Source of the DNA: a virus
Strand: one strand, 5' to 3'
Length of the DNA: 64,000 nucleotides
IMG/VR virus record: IMGVR_UViG_3300028392_000049
Coordinates: 24,680 to 88,679 of that record
Under the pieces are notes generated by a model. It saw only the letters and a list, made by a program, of their open reading frames with translations. It was not told the DNA's origin and ran no database searches. Below, piece after piece: positions 48,774 to 57,424 of the stretch. Within the stretch, counting starts at the first letter, position 1, and each line of letters starts with the position of its first letter. The position numbers and the translations under genes are program-made.

Positions 48774-49010
48774 CTATAGCATACTACGCTTATGTAACTC
48801 GGCTACTAGATAATGAATAGCCTCCGCACCGATAAGCATGTCACTTAAATCAGTTATTGCTTTAGTCTTTATATACGCAGACGTAGCTCTATTAGTCTCA
48901 TTCATTGCCTGCTCAATCCATAATGGAAGATCTGCAGTAGGGATGCGCTCTACTCGCCTAACCAGTTTTTCGGAGAACGCGATAGGGGGTTGCGGCTTTT
49001 TCCAAAACAT
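48774..49010 (-). CDS. Hypothetical protein
   Basis: MFWKKPQP..., coupled to the upstream ORF. Confidence 0.65.
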   Translation of the reverse strand: MFWKKPQPPIAFSEKLVRRVERIPTADLPLWIEQAMNETNRATSAYIKTKAITDLSDMLIGAEAIHYLVAELHKRSML

Positions 49011-49273
49011 TAGTCCCATTCTAAAAGCTCCTCTAATGTTACGTCTAACTCTCTTCCCCAAATTGCTGCTGTAAGCGCCTCAGTCTCATCCTGAGCTCTT
49101 CCAAACCACCCAATAACCAAGCCAGGCTTAGTGAAAGGTAATCTAAAAACAAGGCAACTGCCTTTACGATAAGGCTCATCGATTTCATTAGTCCATCCCT
49201 TTTCTACAATAGGTAAAGCATTCCTATGTGGGTATTTAATTATCTGTCCGTATAGTGATCCAATATTAATCAT
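49010..49273 (-). CDS. Hypothetical protein
   Basis: 87-aa ORF, TAATG-coupled. Confidence 0.65.
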   Translation of the reverse strand: MINIGSLYGQIIKYPHRNALPIVEKGWTNEIDEPYRKGSCLVFRLPFTKPGLVIGWFGRAQDETEALTAAIWGRELDVTLEELLEWD

Positions 49274-49758
49274 TATTTATTTCTTCCTATAATTTGATCA
49301 ATTGTGGCGTACTTTCCCGCTTGCGCTTTACGGGATTGTTTAGCCTTCTTAGAGTAGTAACTCTGTGAGTGACCAGATACCTCACCTTTATTAGACCAGT
49401 TATCAAGTTCGCCCTGCATATATTTACCTTTAGAGTCAGCAAGCCTAAACTCACGCCACAAAGACGGGGGAACATCGTAGTAGTTGTAAAGGGTCCCATC
49501 TCTAAATTGAATAGTTAAAATAAAGTTCTTTTTATCGTATCCAGCAGCCAATGTACGCGGCTGCTCTACGTTAGAAGTAGAAGTAGGGTTATCTGTTAGT
49601 GGGGCCCATTTTGAGCCGTCAGAGGCCTCTTCTGGGGTACTAACATTCTCAGGATCTGGCTGGTCAAGCTCTAGTTGCTCAAGTTCTTCTTGGAGCATGC
49701 TGGAGTAATCTTGTTGATTTAAGTCACTCCAGAGTTCATCTGGTTCGTAAACGGACAT
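49273..49758 (-). CDS. KTSC domain protein
   Basis: AGYD...LTIQFRDGTLYNYYDVP...ADSKGKY. Confidence 0.85.
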   Translation of the reverse strand: MSVYEPDELWSDLNQQDYSSMLQEELEQLELDQPDPENVSTPEEASDGSKWAPLTDNPTSTSNVEQPRTLAAGYDKKNFILTIQFRDGTLYNYYDVPPSLWREFRLADSKGKYMQGELDNWSNKGEVSGHSQSYYSKKAKQSRKAQAGKYATIDQIIGRNK

Positions 49759-50024
49759 CAGTCCTCACATTCGTGTTGTGCAGTTTCCGTGTCGCGAACA
49801 CGGGCATGGCAATCATAGCACCTAAGCCACACAGGAGGTTCAAAGTTATTTTGAGCAGTGGCTCCGTCTGCAAAGTCCGACCCATCTTCAGGAAATGCTT
49901 GGTCGTACTCATAATTAACGGGTTCTTGAGCAAATAGCTCTGGGGGGAACGGGCCCATAGGACGCGTAATTCTGGTGGGAACTGGGTGCCCTTGAAAAGT
50001 TTCTACTGTCCTAATTACATGCAT
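49758..50024 (-). CDS. Hypothetical zinc-binding protein
   Basis: C-terminal RCYDC...HEC. Confidence 0.65.
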   Translation of the reverse strand: MHVIRTVETFQGHPVPTRITRPMGPFPPELFAQEPVNYEYDQAFPEDGSDFADGATAQNNFEPPVWLRCYDCHARVRDTETAQHECED

Positions 50025-50071
50025 AGACTAATGATAGCAAAAAAGCGCCCCGTAGGGCGCTTTCCTGGAAG

Positions 50072-50338
50072 TTAAGATTTACGTGGTTTACTAGCGCTGG
50101 CAACTTCGTTGTCAACTTTAGCAAACGCTGCATCAATCTCGTCATGCGTAAGGTCTCCGTCAATAAGGTAAGACCTAGCAAGCTCTTCGGATACGACTGC
50201 TACGCCCATGAGGGCGGCAAGACCAGCGGTCTTCCATACAGCAATACCCACTAGCGACCCTGCGCCTATAGTTCCTAGACCAGTAGCAATAATTACGGCA
50301 ACCATACGGCTCACTATTGCGCGAGCTTTGCGTAACAT
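50072..50338 (-). CDS. Membrane protein (holin-like)
   Basis: Two TM segments, then DGDLTHDEIDAAF. Confidence 0.6.
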   Translation of the reverse strand: MLRKARAIVSRMVAVIIATGLGTIGAGSLVGIAVWKTAGLAALMGVAVVSEELARSYLIDGDLTHDEIDAAFAKVDNEVASASKPRKS

Positions 50339-50599
50339 TTACTTAACCTTTTTAGCCGACTTTGCTGATGCCTCTACAACTTCAGTAGCAATCTCAGCTA
50401 TTTCTGGCGGAAGTGCGTTAATGCCAAACTTTACTTCGTTTGGGTTTAAGGCTGCAATAATTGGACCAAACGCACCCGCAAGAGCGGCTACTGCCAAGTC
50501 TTTAGGTTCGGTTTTGCCTGCAGCAAAAGCAGCAGCAATAGCAGCAATAGCAGCATAAGCGTATTGTTCTGCAATAGCAATAAGTTTCTTGTTGTTCAT
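50339..50599 (-). CDS. Holin-like membrane protein
   Basis: Ala-rich TM segments; GPIIAALNPNE.KFG. Confidence 0.6.
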   Translation of the reverse strand: MNNKKLIAIAEQYAYAAIAAIAAAFAAGKTEPKDLAVAALAGAFGPIIAALNPNEVKFGINALPPEIAEIATEVVEASAKSAKKVK

Positions 50600-50606
50600 G
50601 ATTCTC

Positions 50607-50879
50607 CTAATTAGGACGGTTGTTGTCAATGTGATGCTCAAGACGATCTTGAAGCTTCTCTACTTGACGTTCAATACGGTTGACAGCATCGCGCATACTG
50701 GATCCGCCATTTGGCTTATACTGCGTTTCTAACGCGTCTAATCTATCCGTAATTTCGTCAAGTTTTTCTAAACGAGTAGTTATTTTATTAACAAATCTAA
50801 AACCCGCGTATAAAAGTCCAATAATTTCAATAACAGTGATTAGAATCTGAGAGGCTGAACTGGTGTCAGAAAGCGACAT
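50607..50879 (-). CDS. Membrane-anchored coiled-coil protein
   Basis: N-terminal TM; PNGGSSMRDAVNRIE motif typical of actinophage lysis-region proteins. Confidence 0.7.
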   Translation of the reverse strand: MSLSDTSSASQILITVIEIIGLLYAGFRFVNKITTRLEKLDEITDRLDALETQYKPNGGSSMRDAVNRIERQVEKLQDRLEHHIDNNRPN

Positions 50880-50993
50880 GCTAAGGACCTTAATAGTGAG
50901 GTTAAATGTGCTTATACCATGGTGTTGTACTAATAAAAACCCGTTACTACAATTAAACCGTATTTTGCATGGTACGTCTTGCTCAATTTGCAT

Positions 50994-51016
50994 TTGTCAT
51001 ACACATGCTGTACGAT
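50994..51016 (+). promoter_or_regulatory. RecA-NDp/PafBC-type promoter of the second whiB
   Basis: tTGTCAtac-8nt-TACGAT. Confidence 0.55.
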
Positions 51017-51042
51017 TTCTGTAACTTACTTAGGAGAACACC

Positions 51043-51348
51043 TTGAATAATGCCCCATCATTTGACGGAACCCAACCCTGCATGAAAGTAGACCCAGAGT
51101 TGTTTTTTCCAGAAGTATATGTAGAAGTAGACGAAAATGGTAAAGAGCGACGCCCATCTGCACATGCATTAACTGTTTACAAACGTGCAGTGGCTAATGC
51201 TAAAGAAGTATGCAATGGATGTTCTTTTGTAAGCCCTTGCTTAGAGTACGCAGTAAAGACCAATGCATACGGAGTTTGGGGAGCCACGGATGAAAAAGAC
51301 CGCCGCCGTATTAAAAAGAACATGAGAATACAAAAGAGCACCCCGTAG
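51043..51348 (+). CDS. whiB: WhiB family transcription factor (second copy)
   Basis: C...DPELFFP...CNGC...CLEYA...GVWGAT; AGGAG RBS, TTG start. Confidence 0.9.
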   Translation: MNNAPSFDGTQPCMKVDPELFFPEVYVEVDENGKERRPSAHALTVYKRAVANAKEVCNGCSFVSPCLEYAVKTNAYGVWGATDEKDRRRIKKNMRIQKSTP

Positions 51349-51371
51349 GGTGCTCTTCTGCTTGAGGTGTT

Positions 51372-53330
51372 TTATAGACCGTAGTTACGCGTAATACCAA
51401 CGGCTAGGTTATCCGTACCCGTTGTAAGAACTGTACCAGCTGCTGGGGACTGAGCCGAAACAACTCCATTCTTAGGACGGAATACAAGCGCTGTTGCGCC
51501 AACTGTTCCTGTGCAACCAGCGGCATTAACGGTGAAGCTAACTGTGCTAGGTACTGCAGAAACTACTACGTCAGCAAGGTTAAGCGTAGTGTTGGAAGAA
51601 CCGCTCAAATTAACCGTGTCGCCAACCGAAAGGTTGTGGGCAGTTCCCGAGGTAACCGTAAGGGTTGTGCTTGTTGTAGCGACAGTTGTTGCGGTGATAT
51701 CAGTTGAGAACTGAAGGAACCCTGGCTTTAGAGCCGCAGAACGAATCTTTTGGATTGCGTTTGAGATCGGCAGACCAACAACGTTTGGTACAACGTATGT
51801 TGGGTAGTAGTCTGGGTAACCCACGCGACTTGTTGTAACAATCTCGTGGTTATCTAATGCTGGGTTTAGCTGACCCGATGGGTACAGGTAAGTTGAAGCC
51901 CAACCATTATCACCAAGTGATACGTTAGCCGAACCCGAGAAGGCCCCACTATTCTTGATTACAGCACCAGCGGCTGTTACAGCCGTAGTTGTAGTATTAG
52001 CCACAGAGAACGAACTAGCTGTAGGTGCAGGTGTAGTTAGCACTGTTGCGTTTACAGCATTGTATCCTGTTGGAGCCATTCCAGAAATAGTAACCTTGTC
52101 TCCACCAGCTAGGCCATTTGCCGAGTCTGTGTAGTAAGTTACGTTAGTTCCGTCACCAACAACGCCAGTTCCTGCTGTGCCCGATACCTTAAGGATCTTG
52201 AAGCTTGTTCCAGGAACCGACAGGGTCTTTGAGTCAACAACAGTTACTACGCCATTTACGTTGTAGTTAGCATTGCTAGCACCTGTAATCGCTACAGACT
52301 GACCTGAAGTGAGGTTATGTGGGAACGCAGTTACGTACTGATTTCCCGTTGAAGCCGAGAATGTAATAACAGCGGCAGAAGCTACTGTATTAGCATTAAC
52401 TGCTGGGTTAATTGTTACAGTACCTGAACCAATTGCGGTAATAACTGTACCTGCAGCAATACCTGTTGAAGCAGTTGCGCTAACGCCCATACCAACAGCA
52501 AGACCAGAAGTCGAAGTGATGGCTAGAGAAGTAGCAGCAGCGGCAGCAGTCGCAGTTGTTGTGGAAGTTGATCCTGCGTAAGCTACAACGCCAACAGCAG
52601 ACACAACGCGAGCCTGAGCTCCACCAAGTGGTGACTGATTTGTGATAGCACCATTAGCGTATGAGGCTACTGTGTCAGTTACAGTACTGTTGAAGATAAT
52701 TGACGTTGAGCCAGTTGCAGCAATTGTACCTTCAATGTTGTATGAGTTAGGAATGATACCCGTAACTGATACAACTTGACCTGCAACAAGACCGTGGCCT
52801 GAAGCAACAGTGTATGTAACTTGAGCACCATTAGCTGAAACACCTGTGATAGCAACCTGTGCAGCACGAGCATCGTTAGGCTGAATTGGGAACGTGTCGC
52901 CCCATTCAAGACCGACCTGGTAGTTAGATGCAGCAGCAGCAGCCGATGATGTTGGAAGCCATGCGTTTTCCCAAGGGCCGTTAGAAACGAGTGTATCGTT
53001 AATAACAGTACCCTGTGAAACAGAAGCAGTAGCAACAACTGATGGTGCCTTAACAGTGAAGGTGTTAGTTCCAGTTACAGAAGCAACAACTGCTGGGGTA
53101 CCAAATCCAAGAGTGCTGTCATTAGCAAGGCTTGGATTGAAGTTAAATGATGCGGAGCCAGTTCCATAAATGATTACTGGTGATCCTGCTACAAGGTTGT
53201 GCGCACTTGTAGTTGTGTACGACAAAGTCGTGGTGTTGTTAGCAGACGCAGCAGATACAGCGAGTGTACGTAATGGGTCTGTAACAGGTAGTTTACTCTG
53301 GTTATAACCAGAGGTTTCCTTGTTTGCCAT
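51372..53330 (-). CDS. Large Thr/Ala/Val-rich beta-repeat protein (probable virion/surface protein) with a split PASTA-like motif
   Basis: About five H.L..G..V.I.G....N repeats; VPNVVGLP...VVSAQSPAAGT. Confidence 0.7.
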   Translation of the reverse strand: MANKETSGYNQSKLPVTDPLRTLAVSAASANNTTTLSYTTTSAHNLVAGSPVIIYGTGSASFNFNPSLANDSTLGFGTPAVVASVTGTNTFTVKAPSVVATASVSQGTVINDTLVSNGPWENAWLPTSSAAAAASNYQVGLEWGDTFPIQPNDARAAQVAITGVSANGAQVTYTVASGHGLVAGQVVSVTGIIPNSYNIEGTIAATGSTSIIFNSTVTDTVASYANGAITNQSPLGGAQARVVSAVGVVAYAGSTSTTTATAAAAATSLAITSTSGLAVGMGVSATASTGIAAGTVITAIGSGTVTINPAVNANTVASAAVITFSASTGNQYVTAFPHNLTSGQSVAITGASNANYNVNGVVTVVDSKTLSVPGTSFKILKVSGTAGTGVVGDGTNVTYYTDSANGLAGGDKVTISGMAPTGYNAVNATVLTTPAPTASSFSVANTTTTAVTAAGAVIKNSGAFSGSANVSLGDNGWASTYLYPSGQLNPALDNHEIVTTSRVGYPDYYPTYVVPNVVGLPISNAIQKIRSAALKPGFLQFSTDITATTVATTSTTLTVTSGTAHNLSVGDTVNLSGSSNTTLNLADVVVSAVPSTVSFTVNAAGCTGTVGATALVFRPKNGVVSAQSPAAGTVLTTGTDNLAVGITRNYGL

Positions 53331-53427
53331 AAGAGTTTAATCCTTCCTTAGGCGTTGAATAACTAGTTATTTTGCCAACTGTATAGCGGTGAAGAAGGAG
53401 ATGCCTCTCACGTCTTCTGGCATATTC

Positions 53428-53463
53428 AGTGTATCTAATTCTGTTTCAGGCAACTGCCTAAAC
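53428..53463 (-). promoter_or_regulatory. Candidate late promoter
   Basis: GTTTAGGC-N22-TACACT. Confidence 0.6.
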
Positions 53464-53474
53464 TAATTAGTTTC

Positions 53475-53711
53475 CTATCTTGGGTTTTCTTCTTCCCATG
53501 ATCGGTTCTGGTCATGCGCGTTTTCATGCAGAATTACATTTGACTCAAGATGGTCAGCATCTCGCCCTGTAATGTTTATTCCGCATTCACGACAACGTTC
53601 TTTAAATGACTCATGCCTACGGCTACTGTCATTAGAACGGTCTTGTGGGATTTCTGGAATGTAACCCTTGCGAGGAGACATGTCGCTTTTACTTGGTTGC
53701 CATTTAGCCAT
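53475..53711 (-). CDS. Small zinc-finger-like protein
   Basis: CRECG...H...H. Confidence 0.6.
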   Translation of the reverse strand: MAKWQPSKSDMSPRKGYIPEIPQDRSNDSSRRHESFKERCRECGINITGRDADHLESNVILHENAHDQNRSWEEENPR

Positions 53712-53719
53712 TATCTATC

Positions 53720-53878
53720 CTAGTTCTGGTGTTCCCCGCTGGCTCCACGCCCAGGGCTACTGTATGAAAATACTGAAGGTAGCTCAATATTTTTTGGAAA
53801 GGTTCTTAGACCAAACCGCGAATCCCGAATAGGCTCTGGCTTGGCTACTGCGCTAGAAAAATTAACCTTGCGGTTCAT
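53720..53878 (-). CDS. Small hypothetical protein (52 aa)
   Basis: Manual translation MNRKVNFSSAVAKPEP... Confidence 0.55.
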   Translation of the reverse strand: MNRKVNFSSAVAKPEPIRDSRFGLRTFPKNIELPSVFSYSSPGRGASGEHQN

Positions 53879-53881
53879 TTT

Positions 53882-54061
53882 TTATTTATCCCATCTGTTT
53901 TGCTGTAAAGCCTGCGTAGGGATGCCGCGAACACCGCCAGTTACTTTAGTAATAGCATCACGGAAATCTCTAGGGCTTGCCTTTGACCGATTAAGTAGAT
54001 AGCGCTCTAAAGCCTGAGACTGTAAGTCAGAGGCTGGTTTAAGGTTACTCTTTTTAGGCAT
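53882..54061 (-). CDS. Small hypothetical protein (59 aa)
   Basis: Manual translation MPKKSNLKPASDLQSQALERY... Confidence 0.55.
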   Translation of the reverse strand: MPKKSNLKPASDLQSQALERYLLNRSKASPRDFRDAITKVTGGVRGIPTQALQQNRWDK

Positions 54062-54063
54062 GA

Positions 54064-54672
54064 TTAAAAAAACGGCTTTTCGATACCTGTTGTGGGATTT
54101 CCGTGGTGGTCATTTCCAAAGCCGCTTGAAGGGTTGTCTAACTCATTTAACTCATTACCTGATGGAGGGGAGCTAAAAGGAACAGCTACTGCTGGACGTG
54201 GCTTTGGGTTAAGCACTTCAGCAGGATATTTTCCTGCGTTGCCTTCATCAGGCTGCAAAAATTGGGCGGAACGAGACCCAATTTGCTGTCCTAAAGCACC
54301 ACCAATTTTTGCACCAAGTACTGTTCCCTCAGGACCAGCTAAAGTTCCTATACCACCACCAATAAGCTCTCCAGCGGTTTTTCCTAAAGTTTCTCCAAGA
54401 CCTGCTTTAATGGTAGCTTTGCCCTTACCAGGGTTGCGGCTTTCGTACTCTTCTTTAAGGCGGTACTTATCAGCAAGTTCTTCACGGCGGTTTTGTGACT
54501 TATAGCGCTCTAGTTCAGCCTGGTTCTTAAACAGTGCACGCTGGTTAGCGCCTTTAATGGCACGTTTAATGCCACGATTCCACACACCCTGAATCATGCC
54601 AAGGCCTTGTTGTCCACCTACCTGCTGGTTAGAGTTGGCCATTCCACCAATATTATTAATATCCATAGACAT
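54064..54672 (-). CDS. Hypothetical protein with glycine-zipper-like segment
   Basis: GELIGGGIGTLAGPEGTVLGAKIGGALG. Confidence 0.65.
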   Translation of the reverse strand: MSMDINNIGGMANSNQQVGGQQGLGMIQGVWNRGIKRAIKGANQRALFKNQAELERYKSQNRREELADKYRLKEEYESRNPGKGKATIKAGLGETLGKTAGELIGGGIGTLAGPEGTVLGAKIGGALGQQIGSRSAQFLQPDEGNAGKYPAEVLNPKPRPAVAVPFSSPPSGNELNELDNPSSGFGNDHHGNPTTGIEKPFF

Positions 54673-54968
54673 TACTTTTCGTTCTCCTTCTTGCCAGCGC
54701 GGCGCTTATTTTCTTTAGCTACGTTTTTAGAGTGGCTCATTGCCTGCAAATTACTTTGCCCATCGTGGCCTTTACGACCACCATTATCTTTATGGTCAAC
54801 GTCTGTGTTCTTAGAAAGCTTTCCATGCTTATCCTCATAATCCACACGGGCTTTATTGCTTGACGTTGTTTCCCACTTGCCGTTTACTTTTTTCTTGTAA
54901 ACGTAAATTGGACGACCACCATTTTGCTCAGAGCCTTTATACGGACCAAATCGCTTTGCTTCAGACAT
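54672..54968 (-). CDS. HNH endonuclease-like protein
   Basis: DVDHKDN...NLQAMSHSKN. Confidence 0.7.
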   Translation of the reverse strand: MSEAKRFGPYKGSEQNGGRPIYVYKKKVNGKWETTSSNKARVDYEDKHGKLSKNTDVDHKDNGGRKGHDGQSNLQAMSHSKNVAKENKRRAGKKENEK

Positions 54969-55939
54969 TACAGCCGTCCTACAGGAGCAACTTCTTGCGA
55001 CTTACCAGAAGTATCTTTAGCGGTTGTGTCTGTATTGCTTGACATAGAAACATCTGTTGGGGCTGACGTACTCGGCCTAAACTGTGAAGATGAGCTAGCA
55101 GGGGTAGGTACTGAAGAGGACATGCCTGTTGGAGCGCTAGAAGAATTTAATCCGCCAAACAGTGCTCCTAAAGAGAACCGCGTGCCAGGGGCACGAAGGG
55201 CCGCTGAGTCGGACGCTGAAGGCGCAAAAGTATCTGAGCCGCTGCTAGCAGGAGTAGATGAAGTCCCGCTATATTTAGGAACTGCAGGGGCTTTACCTAC
55301 TGTGGAAGTGTCGTACTTAATATACTGAGCACTGCCACCACGCTTACCTTGAATAGCGTCTGACCAGCCTAAGTACTTACCTGAGCCTTTTCCGCCCCAT
55401 AGTTGGTCGTACCTAACTTTACCCACGCGGTCGCCATTAGCATCTGTAGAATACACATAGCCACCACCAGCAGATACCGCAACGTGGCCTTGTTGCGTGT
55501 CAGCATTGCCAGCGTAAAAAACAGGAACACCAGCAGGAGGAGGGGTATCGGTGTTGTAATGTGAGGAGCCTTGTTTCTTAGCCCAGTCATTGTATTCTTT
55601 AGCTGTGTTGTAAACTCCAGTATGCCCAAGAATAGATGACTCACCAAAAGTTTGGCATAAACCATGATCATGAGATTGGCCGTTTGCGTGAGCAGCGCGT
55701 GCTGTAATAGTCTTCCAGTCAAGCCCATCATTGTTAACAATGGTGGATGGAATAGCCTCGGGAGTTGCTTTAGCTGCAGTGGTTGTAGCAGCTTTTACTT
55801 TAATAGGATTAGGCGCAGGTGCAACAGGTGCTGGACGGTCTACAGTAGACTTTATAGCAACTGTTTTAGCCCGTGCTGTACTAGCAGCAGCAGGCTTTGT
55901 AGAAGTTGGCACAGGGGCCGCAGGAGGTCTCGGCAACAT
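54968..55939 (-). CDS. CHAP/NlpC-P60-like peptidoglycan hydrolase
   Basis: GLCQTF...PPAGVPVFY...GHVAVS.GGG...STD...YLGW. Confidence 0.75.
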   Translation of the reverse strand: MLPRPPAAPVPTSTKPAAASTARAKTVAIKSTVDRPAPVAPAPNPIKVKAATTTAAKATPEAIPSTIVNNDGLDWKTITARAAHANGQSHDHGLCQTFGESSILGHTGVYNTAKEYNDWAKKQGSSHYNTDTPPPAGVPVFYAGNADTQQGHVAVSAGGGYVYSTDANGDRVGKVRYDQLWGGKGSGKYLGWSDAIQGKRGGSAQYIKYDTSTVGKAPAVPKYSGTSSTPASSGSDTFAPSASDSAALRAPGTRFSLGALFGGLNSSSAPTGMSSSVPTPASSSSQFRPSTSAPTDVSMSSNTDTTAKDTSGKSQEVAPVGRL

Positions 55940-56496
55940 TAGTTAACCCGAGTAATATTAACATTTTGTCCAGGAATAGACATGCTACCTGAAGTAAAGT
56001 GGTGAAGTCGGCGATTCTTACTCTTGCCTTCTTCTTCATCCTTTTTAGACTTAGAAGCGTTTTCTTCCTCAGCTTTAGCCGCATCTTTTTCTGCGGTCGC
56101 TGCGCCTTCTTCGGCCTTTACTGCGCCTTTAACGCCAGTTTCAGCGGCATCCTTAGCAAGAGCCTCTCCACCTGCACGACCAGCCTGTGCGGCCAGCTCA
56201 GCGCCTTTAACGGCCTCTCCAGCGCCAGGTACTACCATAGCTGCGGTAGCACCAAGTGCGGCAGCTCCCCAAGCTGCGGATTTAAGAGCATCGCCCCAAT
56301 TACCTGACTTGGCAGAGCGGTACGCTTGACCCCAGTCTTTAGCACCAAGCATTGTGTTAGCAGCTACGTCTACTGCGCCATGCACGGCGTCTTGGGCTAC
56401 ATTGCCCCATCCACCTTGACTTTTAGCATAACCAGAGGCTATGTCAGAAAATTGGGATGCACCATTCTGCATTGTGTCAACCATGCCATCAGACAT
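55939..56496 (-). CDS. Ala/Gly-rich hypothetical protein (possible ejected protein)
   Basis: Hydrophobic AAWGAAALGATAAMVVPGAG segment. Confidence 0.65.
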   Translation of the reverse strand: MSDGMVDTMQNGASQFSDIASGYAKSQGGWGNVAQDAVHGAVDVAANTMLGAKDWGQAYRSAKSGNWGDALKSAAWGAAALGATAAMVVPGAGEAVKGAELAAQAGRAGGEALAKDAAETGVKGAVKAEEGAATAEKDAAKAEEENASKSKKDEEEGKSKNRRLHHFTSGSMSIPGQNVNITRVN

Positions 56497-56642
56497 TATC
56501 CACCCGTTCCTAGCACGACATCTCGTGCTGCGTAGCTTGTGCTATAACGCTGATAGGACGGCCGAGGACCAGAGAACATACCAACGTTACTATTTCTAAA
56601 TTGTACATTGGATAAACGGGGAAATACCCCTTTACTATTCAT
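56496..56642 (-). CDS. Small hypothetical protein (48 aa)
   Basis: MNSKGVFPRLSNVQFRN...; TAATG coupling on both sides. Confidence 0.6.
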   Translation of the reverse strand: MNSKGVFPRLSNVQFRNSNVGMFSGPRPSYQRYSTSYAARDVVLGTGG

Positions 56643-56872
56643 TACTTATCGTCTTTAGCCTTTTGGGATGCAATCCAAGCATCAGTCCAACCATCGGAAG
56701 CGCCGCCGACTGGACGCCATTTAAGATGTGAGTTTTCTTTTTCTTCATTAGTGCGCATGTCAATGTGATGCTCATGCCAAGGGTCGCAATGATTGCAGTC
56801 TTTTTGATTGCCCATCATCTCATCGCGGTGTAGTCCGCTGATGTGCTCTTTGAAGTGGTCGCGGTTAGTCAT
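56642..56872 (-). CDS. Hypothetical His/Cys-rich protein
   Basis: CNHC motif. Confidence 0.6.
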   Translation of the reverse strand: MTNRDHFKEHISGLHRDEMMGNQKDCNHCDPWHEHHIDMRTNEEKENSHLKWRPVGGASDGWTDAWIASQKAKDDK

Positions 56873-56987
56873 TTGTTTCAACTTTCTTTGGTAGATCGCC
56901 CTTAGGCGTGTGCTTTTCCCATTGGGATGCCATACGTGGGTGTTTTGCCCACATCCAACGGCGTTGTGCGTCTGACTTAAACGGCAT
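56865..56987 (-). CDS. Small basic phage protein (40 aa)
   Basis: MPFKSDAQRRWMWAKHP.MA.QWEKHTP. Confidence 0.65.
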   Translation of the reverse strand: MPFKSDAQRRWMWAKHPRMASQWEKHTPKGDLPKKVETND

Positions 56988-57079
56988 TACGCGTCCTCAA
57001 GCTCTCGTTCACGTGTACGTCTAGTATGACGTGTCCATGGGCTTTCTTCTTCTTGAAACTCTTCGTCTTCTTCACTCAT
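56987..57079 (-). CDS. Tiny hypothetical protein
   Basis: MSEEDEEFQEEESPW...; coupled on both sides. Confidence 0.45.
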   Translation of the reverse strand: MSEEDEEFQEEESPWTRHTRRTRERELEDA

Positions 57080-57242
57080 TTTTGTCTTTTTCGGCCTGTT
57101 CGCGGGCTTTTTGAGCGAGAAATGCTGGATGACGACCCTTTGCAGCCTCTAGAAGGGAGTCTTGGTCACCAAATTTGGCTTTGCGGTACTCATCTAAGTT
57201 AATAACACGCGCACCATCTTGTGCTTTATCGTTAATAGCCAT
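57072..57242 (-). CDS. Small hypothetical protein (56 aa)
   Basis: MAINDKAQDGARVINLDEYRK... Confidence 0.6.
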   Translation of the reverse strand: MAINDKAQDGARVINLDEYRKAKFGDQDSLLEAAKGRHPAFLAQKAREQAEKDKNE

Positions 57243-57424
57243 TAAAATTCCCTCTTTGATGTCGCTGGGTCTGCATTCTGTGCATAATGGTCACCGAATG
57301 CTCGTGCTGCACGATCATCTCGAAACGCGGCTAAGGCCGTACTTACACCCTGTTGGGGATGTGGGGGTTGAAATGATTGTGCAAGCTTATTAAAGTGTAA
57401 TGCATGTAGTTGCTCAATGTTCAT
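57242..57424 (-). CDS. Small hypothetical protein
   Basis: 60 aa, TAATG-coupled. Confidence 0.55.
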   Translation of the reverse strand: MNIEQLHALHFNKLAQSFQPPHPQQGVSTALAAFRDDRAARAFGDHYAQNADPATSKREF

